Shown one piece after another: positions 9,218-17,363 of a DNA stretch of 27,782 nt. Under the pieces are notes generated by a model. The model was not told the origin of the DNA. It saw only the letters and a list, made by a program, of their open reading frames with translations, and did no database searches. The translations under genes were made by a program, and so were the position numbers. Every line of letters begins with the position of its first letter. The first letter of the stretch is position 1. Origin of the DNA: Candidatus Cryosericum sp. (GTDB lineage: Bacteria > Caldisericota > Caldisericia > Cryosericales > Cryosericaceae); contig JBNAWM010000005.1 in assembly GCA_049699855.1 (NCBI GenBank), forward strand, positions 4,531 to 32,312, in the 5' to 3' direction.

Positions 9218-10297
9218 CTATTCCATCTGTTTGTGCGGCATCACCAGGTACAGGAAGTCATCTTTGCCCTGATCCTTGATGACAACGGGATGGACAGCAC
9301 TGTTCATATGAAGTTCCGCATTCTCGGTGGACACCGACGAGATCCCGTCCAGCAGCTTCGTTCCAAAGAAGGAAACCGACAGACCTCCGGCCTCTCCCTC
9401 ATATCCAAGCTCGTCGCGGGCATCTCCCTGATCCTGGGCCGTACCCTGAACGGTCAGGCGCCCTTCCTTGAAGGACAGTGTGATGACATCGGTACCCCCA
9501 AACACGACGGCCCCAACGCGGCGCAGGGCATCCAGCAGTTCCGACTTCTTGATCGTGACCGTATATTCCCACTCCCTCGGAATGATGTCGTTGTAGCTGG
9601 GAAACTCGGCACCAATCAGCAAAGAGACAATCTCCGTGTCTCCGGAGACGAACTTGCACTCATCCTCGGTGATGATGATCTGAACATCGCCCGCGGGCTT
9701 GAATGATTCAAACACCTTGGTTGGGACGATGGAGCGCAGCGGCTCTCTCTTAAAGTCAAACTGAACATATCCAAGCCGCCGCGAATCGGTTGCCACAAAC
9801 CGGAAGTACTCCTTGGTCTGTTCCAGAAGAATGCCCTGAAACTCCAGCCGTCTCTTCTCGTTGTGTTCCACGCACGGCAGCACGCGGTCGATGGCTGACG
9901 TATATTCACTCAGACTGAAATTGTACTCTCTGCCTTCCTTGATCGCCGGAACCGCCGGGAATGTATCCATCTCATAGCAGGACAAGTCATAGTGAGCTTT
10001 TCCCGCAGAGATCTGCAGCTTCTTCTCATCTCCCTCGATGGTCACGTCGCCGGACAGGGCCGAAATGATATCCTTAAAAAACTTAAACGGTACCAGGGCA
10101 CGGCCCGGCTCTGTGACGTCGGCTGTCTCTGCATTTGTGAGATACGTGGTCAGGTCAGTGCTGGTAAGCTTAAGAGCGGCAGTATCAGCAGTAAGAAGAA
10201 CGGCATCGGACGTAAACGTCGAACTTTTCTGCTGGATGACCTTGGCGTGCTGGGTAAGTTTTCTGCTGAGGCCTTCGGCTTTTGCGGTGAGCTTCAT
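9218..10297 (-). CDS. dnaN: DNA polymerase III beta sliding clamp
   Basis: 359 aa. STDL, VATDSRRL, LIGAEFPSYNDIIP and LYLVMP motifs. AAGGAGG SD. Directly downstream of dnaA. Confidence 0.92.
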   Translation of the reverse strand: MKLTAKAEGLSRKLTQHAKVIQQKSSTFTSDAVLLTADTAALKLTSTDLTTYLTNAETADVTEPGRALVPFKFFKDIISALSGDVTIEGDEKKLQISAGKAHYDLSCYEMDTFPAVPAIKEGREYNFSLSEYTSAIDRVLPCVEHNEKRRLEFQGILLEQTKEYFRFVATDSRRLGYVQFDFKREPLRSIVPTKVFESFKPAGDVQIIITEDECKFVSGDTEIVSLLIGAEFPSYNDIIPREWEYTVTIKKSELLDALRRVGAVVFGGTDVITLSFKEGRLTVQGTAQDQGDARDELGYEGEAGGLSVSFFGTKLLDGISSVSTENAELHMNSAVHPVVIKDQGKDDFLYLVMPHKQME

Positions 10298-10483
10298 CGT
10301 TCCTCCTTTTAATATGAAAAGACTCTTCTCTTCATAAGCATCAAGATAAGGCGGTTGGTAGTGTTGGCAGGGAAGGGAATGCTTGTTGCAGGGCTTGAGG
10401 CGGCTGTGGATGCAACTGTGGATAACTTGCTCAGCTTATCAACACTGTCCACTGTCAGGGTCTGCCGGCGCGTTGTCCACAAG
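10298..10483. other. Probable chromosomal replication origin (oriC) in the dnaA-dnaN spacer
   Basis: Boxes TGTGGATGC 10405-10413, TGTGGATAA 10417-10425 (perfect), TTATCAACA 10436-10444, weak CTGTCCACT 10445-10453 and TTGTCCACA 10473-10481. AT-rich stretch at about 10305-10350. Confidence 0.82.
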
Positions 10484-11824
10484 TTACTCACCTCTTTTGA
10501 GCTGCTTCACCAAGCTTTCGAGCAGAACGCGCAGGGTGTCGTCGTTTTTCATCTCCTGCTGGATCTTTTGGCAGGCATAGATGACGGTTGTGTGGTCGCG
10601 CCCGCCAAACTTCTCGCCGATGTAGGGGAGAGAAGCCTCTGTCAGGTCGCGGCTGAGGTACATCGCTATCTGGCGCGGCATGGCAACGTCCTGGCTGCGG
10701 CGCTTGGCCTGCAGGTCTGCGATGGAGATGTGAAAGTACGATGCCACAGCCTGCATGATGGCATCGATCGTGACCGGCTTGTTGATGACCGGAATGATGT
10801 CCTTGAGGGTCTCCTCTGTAAAGGGCAGCGTCACCTCTTCATTGGTCAGCGACGCAGTGGCCAGAACGCGCATGAGAGCCCCCTCGAGCTCGCGGATGTT
10901 GCTGCCGATGTTGGCGGCGATGTATTCGAGGACCTCCGGAGGCACGTCAATCTTGTCCAGTTCAGCCTTCTTCTTCAGGATGGCAACCTTGGTCTCGTAG
11001 TCCGGGCGGCTGATGTCGGCGATAAGTCCCCACTCGAAGCGCGACGTCAGGCGTTCCTCGAGAGTGGCAATCTCCTTGGGCAGGACATCGGAGGTGATAA
11101 CGATCTGCTTGTGGGCATCGTAGAGAGCGTTGAAGATGTGAAAGAACTCCTCCTGCGTGCGTTCCTTCCCTGCCAGGAACTGGATGTCGTCGATGAGAAG
11201 GATGTCGGCCCCCCGTGTCTCCTTGTGAAAGTTCTCGATCACGGCGTTATTGTTGCGTGCATTTTGGATGGAACTCACCACCTCGTTCGTGAATTTCTCG
11301 CCGGTGGTGTAGACGATCTTCTTGTCCGGCGTCTGGGCAAGGATGCGGTGCGCGATGCCCTGCAGGAGGTGGGTCTTGCCCAAACCGACGCCGCCGTAAA
11401 TGTACAGGGGATTGTAGACGTTGCCGGGATTTGCCGCAACAGCGTTGCAGGCGGCAAAGGCAAGGCGGTTTCCAGCGCCCACGACAAAGTTCTCGAAGCT
11501 GTAGCGCCGGTTCAGGATCAGCGTGTTGTTGTGCTGAAGGAGGCCGGGTTCCGCAGGAAGTTCCTCCGGTTGCTGCTGTACCACCTCCACCGCGATCGTG
11601 GTGGGCTGTCCCTTGATCGTGTCGATCGTTTCCTTAATGACGTCGTAGTAGCGGCTGACGATCCAGTCTCGCGCAAATTCGCTGGGCACGCCTATGGTCA
11701 GGGAATTTGCATCTTCGTGGAGCGTCGTCACGTTCTTGAACCACATCTCGAACGTCGGGCGCGCGAGTTGCTTGCTGAAAATGTCGAGCAGGTGCTGCCA
11801 AGAATCCGATTGTTGTCCGTCCAT
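10484..11824 (-). CDS. dnaA: Chromosomal replication initiator DnaA
   Basis: YNPLYIYGGVGLGKTHLL, LLIDDIQF, QEEFFHIFN, RLTSRFEWGL, NIRELEGAL and GGRDHTTV. GGGAG SD favours ATG 11824 (446 aa). Confidence 0.98.
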   Translation of the reverse strand: MDGQQSDSWQHLLDIFSKQLARPTFEMWFKNVTTLHEDANSLTIGVPSEFARDWIVSRYYDVIKETIDTIKGQPTTIAVEVVQQQPEELPAEPGLLQHNNTLILNRRYSFENFVVGAGNRLAFAACNAVAANPGNVYNPLYIYGGVGLGKTHLLQGIAHRILAQTPDKKIVYTTGEKFTNEVVSSIQNARNNNAVIENFHKETRGADILLIDDIQFLAGKERTQEEFFHIFNALYDAHKQIVITSDVLPKEIATLEERLTSRFEWGLIADISRPDYETKVAILKKKAELDKIDVPPEVLEYIAANIGSNIRELEGALMRVLATASLTNEEVTLPFTEETLKDIIPVINKPVTIDAIMQAVASYFHISIADLQAKRRSQDVAMPRQIAMYLSRDLTEASLPYIGEKFGGRDHTTVIYACQKIQQEMKNDDTLRVLLESLVKQLKRGE

Positions 11825-11974
11825 ACTCTGCTCCCTTTGCTCTCGCGCAATGCTTCCCATCCTGGACCTGAACCTTCTGGTCCCGGTATGGCTCCCGGTA
11901 CACGGCACATGCCAGCCATTCAGCGTTGGTGACAAAGTGCGGCACCATGCCCGGCCACGTGTACGGGGTTTATG

Positions 11975-11983
11975 TGGTATAGT
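11975..11983 (+). promoter_or_regulatory. Extended -10 promoter for the GerMN / DnaB-like operon
   Basis: TGGTATAGT (TG-n-TATAGT), overlapping the dnaA -10 on the opposite strand. Confidence 0.5.
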
Positions 11984-12009
11984 ATAGACGAAATGGAGAC
12001 CGGCGGCAA
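11981..12009 (-). promoter_or_regulatory. Putative sigma70-type dnaA promoter
   Basis: Minus strand TTGCCG (12009-12004), 17 nt spacer, TATACT (11986-11981). Confidence 0.6.
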
Positions 12010-12027
12010 TCGGAAAAAGGGACCCAC

Positions 12028-13383
12028 ATGATTCAGCGCACCAGACACGGCACGATACGAACGAGACGAAGGGACCAAGGTGGCGGCATGCTCATCCTGG
12101 TCCTTGCCGTTGTGCTGGCCATCTTGTTCGGGTCCAGTTTCCGCACGGCTGGTGGGCGCAGTACACCCACGGTGCTCTGGTACCTCGATGCCACGACGCG
12201 CCAGCTGGTCGGCACTCCTTCCACGTCCAGACTGCCCACGCGCAGGGTGGAGCAGGTTGCTGCTCTCATCGACCTGCTGAGGACGCCTCCCGCGGGGCAG
12301 GAGCTGGCCACGGCAGTGCCTGCAGGCCTGACCGCGCGCAGCGCAACGGTCTTGCCCGGGGGGATCCTGCACGCTGCCTTGGGTGTGACGGGGAGCCTCC
12401 GGCCGATGGGATTTGCCGAGGAGAATGCCCTGTACTGGCAGTTGGTGAACACGCTGATCAGCCTTCCCGATGTGCATTCGGTTGAACTGTCTGTGGACGG
12501 GCGCGACCCTGGCGTTTTTCTCTCGTATGTGAAGACGCAGCGCGAACTGGCTCCGAATGAAAGCGTTCTGGACAGGGGACAGCCGGTGGATCTGTACTTC
12601 GTGCTGGGGGATGGACGCTATGCCGTCGAACAGCGCAGCTTTCCCACAGGGCTGACCCGTTCCCAGTTGGCATCAAAGGTGGTACAGGCGCTCGTAGAGG
12701 GGCCCTCGCATGCCAGCCTCAGCAGTCCGCTCCCTGGCACCAGTTTCCTCCGGGGCGTGACCGTTTCGGGTCATACCGTGACCGTCGACTTCGAAACCAG
12801 TATCGTGAAGCTGGGCATGGACGCCGCCCGGGCCGAACAGTTCAGGGATTGCCTGGTTCTGACGCTTACCAGGCTCTCGGGAGTCAGCCGCGTCCGCTTC
12901 ATGGTCGGCGGACAAGCCGTGGCAGAGCTCTTTGGCTACCTGGATGCCAGCAGTCCGCAGTATCGCTTTGATGGACGTCTCGAAGCGGGGACGATCGTGG
13001 TATCCTACAGCCTTGCCAGCGTCGACGGGGACAGGCTTCCGGTGCTGGATGCGGTGGTGCAGAAGGTGGCACTGTCAGGTCGGAATGCCATGATCGCGCA
13101 GGCGCTGAACCGGCTGGCAAGTCCGCCGCAGGGAGACACTTCCTTCGTTCCTGCAGGGACGCGCATCGACAGCATGTCCCTCCAGGATGCATCGGGGCTC
13201 CTCAGCATCTCTCTTGCCATGGCGCCCGTGCCAGGAGATCCGACGGATGAGGCTCTGCTTGTCCAGCAGCTGCGTCTCACTTTCACAGAGGTGCCTTCGG
13301 TCACGTCGTTAAAGATCGCCGTGAATGGGTCTGTATCTTTTCTGCCAGGGGGGTACTATATAGGCAATCCATTCGAACGCTAG
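12028..13383 (+). CDS. Membrane-anchored or secreted protein with three GerMN (Sporulation_GerM) domains
   Basis: N-terminal hydrophobic segment. Three repeats ending LVNTLISLPDVHSVELSVDG / LVLTLTRLSGVSRVRFMVGG / LRLTFTEVPSVTSLKIAVNG. Start could alternatively be 12088. Confidence 0.78.
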   Translation: MIQRTRHGTIRTRRRDQGGGMLILVLAVVLAILFGSSFRTAGGRSTPTVLWYLDATTRQLVGTPSTSRLPTRRVEQVAALIDLLRTPPAGQELATAVPAGLTARSATVLPGGILHAALGVTGSLRPMGFAEENALYWQLVNTLISLPDVHSVELSVDGRDPGVFLSYVKTQRELAPNESVLDRGQPVDLYFVLGDGRYAVEQRSFPTGLTRSQLASKVVQALVEGPSHASLSSPLPGTSFLRGVTVSGHTVTVDFETSIVKLGMDAARAEQFRDCLVLTLTRLSGVSRVRFMVGGQAVAELFGYLDASSPQYRFDGRLEAGTIVVSYSLASVDGDRLPVLDAVVQKVALSGRNAMIAQALNRLASPPQGDTSFVPAGTRIDSMSLQDASGLLSISLAMAPVPGDPTDEALLVQQLRLTFTEVPSVTSLKIAVNGSVSFLPGGYYIGNPFER

Positions 13384-13393
13384 GAGGAAGAGC

Positions 13394-14911
13394 ATGACAA
13401 CAGACAGGACTGAATTTCGGCTGCTGGCGGGGGCTGTGGGCGCCTCACAACATCTAGAGAAGCTGCAGAAGCTTGGCATGGTCTCGTCGCTGTTCGAGGA
13501 CGGGGACCTGAGATCCATCTACGATGCTTTTGTCTGGTACGCCGCCAATCACAAAGGCGAAGGCGGAAAGATCGATCTTCCGCTGTTCATGTCCTACCTC
13601 ACCGAGGAGCGCCACGTGACGCCTGCAGTCTCCGCCCTGGCACAGAAGCTGATCGATGCCGGCGGCGAAGACATGACCACGCTGATCGACCTGTTGGACC
13701 TCCTGAAGACGCGTTCTGCTCGTCGCAAGCTGCGGACCATCGCCGACAGCATCACCGCGTTCACCGACGGCGAGCGGCAGAATCGGCGCGTCGAAGATTT
13801 TGCCGCCGACGTATCGGAACAGCTGCGCCAGGTGGTGCGCCTGTCGTCCCAGAACCGGCAGGAACCCGTCCGTGATGACCTGCTCCGATTTGTTGAGGAA
13901 GTTCGCACGCGGGAGCCAGACCGGCCTTCGATCATGGGCATGAGCATCGCGCCGTACGACAATCTGAATATCGCAATCTCCGGCCTGCGCCCTGGCTTCT
14001 ACTACGCGCTGGGCGGAGCTCCGCGGCGTGGCAAGACAAATCTCATGCTGCGTCTGGCGACGCTGGTCGCCCGCAACGAGAAGGTGCCGGTCCTCTACTA
14101 CTCCTACGAGCAGACCAAGCGCGTCCTGCTTTCGCGCATCCTGTCCCAGGAGTCCCTCATCAACCCGCTTCTCCTGCAGTCCGGCGATATCAAGACCCAG
14201 GCGGAACTGGTGACCCGTTTCAACAAGGGCATCCGGGAGATGTCGTCCTATATGGATTACTTCTACCTGTTTGAGGGCGATCGTCAGGATACGATCGAGC
14301 ACATCCGCAGCGTCGCCTACGGTATCATGGACGCGCATCACTCTGACCGATGCGCCATCTTCATCGATTACCTGCAAAAGGTGCCAACCGTCAACCCCTA
14401 CGCCAGCATGCAGAAGCAGGTTGACGAGGTGTCGGGGCTCATCGCCCAGCTGTCGACGGAACTGCAGTCGCCCATTGTGGCTGCCTCCTCCTTCGACAAA
14501 GATGGATGCCGGATGGACACGGAGGTGTCCAAGGACCGCCCAACCATGTTCAACTGCACGGGTGGAGGCGACATCGAATACGATGCGGACGCGGCGCTCA
14601 TCATCGTCAAGGACTATCACGACACGGCACAGCTGGAAGAGAAGATCGCCAATGCCATCCGCGAGGGGGGCGTGAATCCGCACCATATCCCCCACTTCGA
14701 CATCCTGAACCTGCACATCGACAAGAACCGCGATGCCCCCGAAGGAGGCAACATCATTGTCCAGTTCCTCTTCCTGATCGAAGATAACCAGATGGTGGAA
14801 CTCGGGTACAAGGATGTTGAGGAGCGCTACTCGTACGCCAAGGCCGGCAAGATCTTCGAGTGGCTGCTGGAGCGCGGCTACCTTGAGGCGGTCGGCCCGG
14901 GCGCAACCTGA
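13394..14911 (+). CDS. Divergent DnaB-like (SF4) helicase/ATPase
   Basis: AGGAGG SD. DnaB-N-like F..GDLRSIYDA...KIDL, Walker A GGAPRRGKT, YSYE (H1a), IFIDYLQ (H2), GDIEYDAD (H4) and KNR arginine finger. Confidence 0.8.
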   Translation: MTTDRTEFRLLAGAVGASQHLEKLQKLGMVSSLFEDGDLRSIYDAFVWYAANHKGEGGKIDLPLFMSYLTEERHVTPAVSALAQKLIDAGGEDMTTLIDLLDLLKTRSARRKLRTIADSITAFTDGERQNRRVEDFAADVSEQLRQVVRLSSQNRQEPVRDDLLRFVEEVRTREPDRPSIMGMSIAPYDNLNIAISGLRPGFYYALGGAPRRGKTNLMLRLATLVARNEKVPVLYYSYEQTKRVLLSRILSQESLINPLLLQSGDIKTQAELVTRFNKGIREMSSYMDYFYLFEGDRQDTIEHIRSVAYGIMDAHHSDRCAIFIDYLQKVPTVNPYASMQKQVDEVSGLIAQLSTELQSPIVAASSFDKDGCRMDTEVSKDRPTMFNCTGGGDIEYDADAALIIVKDYHDTAQLEEKIANAIREGGVNPHHIPHFDILNLHIDKNRDAPEGGNIIVQFLFLIEDNQMVELGYKDVEERYSYAKAGKIFEWLLERGYLEAVGPGAT

Positions 14912-14919
14912 TTCGCGCT

Positions 14920-14945
14920 GTAACCTTTTGGCCTGTGTCACCGTA
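14920..14945 (+). promoter_or_regulatory. ECF autoregulatory promoter
   Basis: GTAAC (14920-14924), 17 nt spacer, CGTA (14942-14945), just upstream of the ECF sigma gene. Confidence 0.68.
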
Positions 14946-14991
14946 CGCTTGGTGAACACAGAGAGAAATCAACCGCGGAGGGAGTGCGTGC

Positions 14992-15507
14992 ATGGAGACT
15001 GCAACTGACCGCGAGCTCTTCTCCCGGCTGATGGAGCAGAGCGAGCGCCCGGTCTACGCCTTCCTGGCTGGCAAGATCCATGATCGCGCTGTCGCGGCAG
15101 ATGTCGCCCAGGAAGCTTTTTTTCTGGCATACCGCCGTTTTTCGACGTATGACAGGAGCCGGCCGTTTCTCCCGTGGGTCATGACCATCGCGTACAACTG
15201 TCTGGTCGACTACTGGCGAAAGTCGGCGCATGACGGCGGAAGCCTGGAGGAAGACCGGCTGCCCGCAGCGACGATGACGGATGAGGACGACGACTGGCGA
15301 CAGCAGGAGGTGATCGAGGCAATGACAAAGATTTCGTCGGATGACAGTGCCCTGCTCACCATGTTCTATGCCGAAGGCTGGTCGGTTGGCACGATTGCGG
15401 AGCGCCTGGGCATCAAGGAAGGCACGGCGAAGGTTCGGTTGCTCCGGGCCAGGGCAGCACTCAAGAAACAGATTGAAACACTGCACCCCGAGGTGCCGCA
15501 TGAGTGA
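14992..15507 (+). CDS. ECF-subfamily RNA polymerase sigma factor (SigW/RpoE-like)
   Basis: Region 2 AADVAQEAF...F.PWVMTIAYN..VDYWRK and region 4 EGWSVGTIAERLGIKEGTAKVRLLRAR. Confidence 0.92.
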   Translation: METATDRELFSRLMEQSERPVYAFLAGKIHDRAVAADVAQEAFFLAYRRFSTYDRSRPFLPWVMTIAYNCLVDYWRKSAHDGGSLEEDRLPAATMTDEDDDWRQQEVIEAMTKISSDDSALLTMFYAEGWSVGTIAERLGIKEGTAKVRLLRARAALKKQIETLHPEVPHE

Positions 15508-15970
15508 ACGATGGACGATAACGGACGAAGAGCTGGAGAAGCTGGTGGCGGAGGCGCTGGCGTTTCCTGCGGACATTGCGCCTCCACCGGAGTTAAGCCG
15601 CAGTGTGTGGCGACGCATCGACGCGTGGGAGGGCGAGAAGGAGTGCAGTCTCCTGGCGAGGTTCCTGGGCAGGCGGATGCACAACGGCGAACCGGTGGTG
15701 GTTCTTGCCGCAGCGCTTGGGTTTGGCGCTCTGTTCCTGGGCTTGTTCCTGGCGGGAGCATATGTGTTTGCAGCACACTCCTCTGCATTCCTGAGGGTTT
15801 TTCAGGTGTTCATCGGTCCCAATGTTGCCCGCCTGAGACTGGGGGTCCAGCTGGCTGCGCTTGGGGGAGCGGGTGGAATGATGCTGGGCGGGCTTGCGCT
15901 GAGTGAACAGTTGTTCGGCCAGAGAACCAGTCATTCCTCAGGCACAGCATGTGGAGGGGCTGGAGCGTGA
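15500..15970 (+). CDS. Putative membrane anti-sigma factor
   Basis: Overlaps the sigma stop by 8 nt, with GAGGTG SD. Cytoplasmic APPPELSRSVWRRI motif followed by two hydrophobic segments. Confidence 0.6.
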   Translation: MSERWTITDEELEKLVAEALAFPADIAPPPELSRSVWRRIDAWEGEKECSLLARFLGRRMHNGEPVVVLAAALGFGALFLGLFLAGAYVFAAHSSAFLRVFQVFIGPNVARLRLGVQLAALGGAGGMMLGGLALSEQLFGQRTSHSSGTACGGAGA

Positions 15971-16836
15971 CACCTTCTGTCTCGGAGGACCGCGGCCGGA
16001 GATTCCTGGTTGCAGCCCTGGTCATCGGGCTCATTGTCGCAGGCTGGGTCATGGTCGATGTAGCCACGCACGGGAGTCTCGGACTGGGTCCCGTCCTTGC
16101 CCCGGGGACGACGCTCGAGGTCCCTGGAGGGTCGGCGAGCAGGATCTCGGTGACAGGGGACCGCCTGGAAATCGTCCTGCAGAGCTCTCATGGAGCGAAT
16201 ACTGCGCAAGTTGTGGTCGGCAGTGACGGCTTCCGGCGCGATGCTCGTGCACCGGCAGGAACGTTCGGACTGCGTCTCGACACTGGAGCTGCCCTGCAGA
16301 ATGGAACGAGGAGGCTGACGCTGATCCTCCCCGAAAACGGGACGCTGTCGCTCACGGTGGTGGGGGGAGGCCGGGTAACGATGGACCGGGTGCGGCTTGG
16401 CCAGCTTCATGTCACCGGAGTCTCCTCGTCGCTCGACCTGGACGCAGGCACGCCGGGTTCAAGCGTGGATCTCCTGCAGATCGAAAGCGCTACGGGAGGG
16501 CTGTCCTCGGAGCATCTGGGCAGCCTGAACATGACACAGCTGGTCATCGACAGTATCGTGGGGCACTACGACCTCGATCTGTCGGGGACCGTGGATCGTC
16601 CCTGTGAAGTCACCGTGCGGTCGGTCGTGGGAAGCGGAGTCCTGCGTTTTTCGGGCGGCATCGGAGCGCAGGTTGTCGTGAAGAGCATTGTTGGCAGTGT
16701 CGCGGCCGCCGGGTTCGTGGATGAAGGAGGCAGGTCCTACCTGAACAAGGCGGCACGGACAGAAGGTGCTCCCCGGCTTGTGGTGCGTATTGAAAGTGCA
16801 GTTGGACAGATACAGCTTATGGAGGTACAGCAATGA
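15967..16836 (+). CDS. Membrane-anchored beta-repeat extracellular protein (LiaG/DUF4097/'toast rack'-like)
   Basis: GTGA overlap with the upstream gene. N-terminal TM segment. Repeated xSxxGxxxL units (IESATG, IDSIVG, VRSVVG, VKSIVG, IESAVG). Confidence 0.6.
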   Translation: MTPSVSEDRGRRFLVAALVIGLIVAGWVMVDVATHGSLGLGPVLAPGTTLEVPGGSASRISVTGDRLEIVLQSSHGANTAQVVVGSDGFRRDARAPAGTFGLRLDTGAALQNGTRRLTLILPENGTLSLTVVGGGRVTMDRVRLGQLHVTGVSSSLDLDAGTPGSSVDLLQIESATGGLSSEHLGSLNMTQLVIDSIVGHYDLDLSGTVDRPCEVTVRSVVGSGVLRFSGGIGAQVVVKSIVGSVAAAGFVDEGGRSYLNKAARTEGAPRLVVRIESAVGQIQLMEVQQ

Positions 16837-17363
16837 ACAGCAGCAACATTGATCGGCGTGTGGCATTGGGCGCCCTGCTCATCGTCTTCGGGGCGCACTT
16901 CCTGCTCCAGGCGTTTCCCGGGTCGGGGTACCACTTTGGTATTCTCGTCCCCCTGGCAGCGTTCGTCATCCTGCTGGGGGTTTATGGGGCCGTCGCCGGG
17001 TTTCAGCACAAGGCGCGTGAAGCAGTCCTGTGGAGTTCCATGCTCGGGTTCGTCGGCGTCATCGTTCTCCTGCAGGCGACCGAGGTCATCCGCTTCGGGT
17101 TTACCACGTTTGTTGGAGCGGCGCTGGCAGCTGTCGGGCTTTCGATCCTTCTTTCGGCACTGCTGGATGCAGTGGAGGGGATTGAGCGTCGGAATGCCCT
17201 GATGTGGGGTGCCGCTGCCGTTGCGGGCGGAGCGCTCGTGTTTCTCTCCGGGCTGGATGTCTTTTCAGCTCAGACGGTCGATATCATTCGCAAGTCGACA
17301 GTCGGAGGATTGTTTGTCATCCTCGGGCTGGCTGTTCTCATCAAGGGAGGTGCCAGGAAATGA
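16833..17363 (+). CDS. Multi-pass membrane protein (LiaF/LiaI-like TM hairpin repeats)
   Basis: ATGA overlap. About six TM segments with GxxLIxxGxxFLL and xxILGLxxL repeats. Confidence 0.6.
   Translation: MNSSNIDRRVALGALLIVFGAHFLLQAFPGSGYHFGILVPLAAFVILLGVYGAVAGFQHKAREAVLWSSMLGFVGVIVLLQATEVIRFGFTTFVGAALAAVGLSILLSALLDAVEGIERRNALMWGAAAVAGGALVFLSGLDVFSAQTVDIIRKSTVGGLFVILGLAVLIKGGARK

Noticed and set aside
11851..11874. SRP-RNA-like motif on the minus strand (UCAGGUCC-AGGAUG-GGAAGCA)
   Set aside because: The loop is 6 nt rather than a GNRA tetraloop, the flanking helix does not pair, and the same bases fit a different hairpin in the dnaA leader.
10355..11932. Long antisense ORFs (e.g. 10355-11932, 3887-5389, 13454-14959, 21019-22896, 24534-25727)
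   Set aside because: These are shadow frames of well-supported genes in GC-rich DNA, with no recognisable motifs.
11825..12027. rpmH upstream of dnaA, or an N-terminal DnaA extension from 11935
   Set aside because: No MKRT-type L34 ORF is present. The extension has no domain I similarity, and ATG 11824 has an SD.
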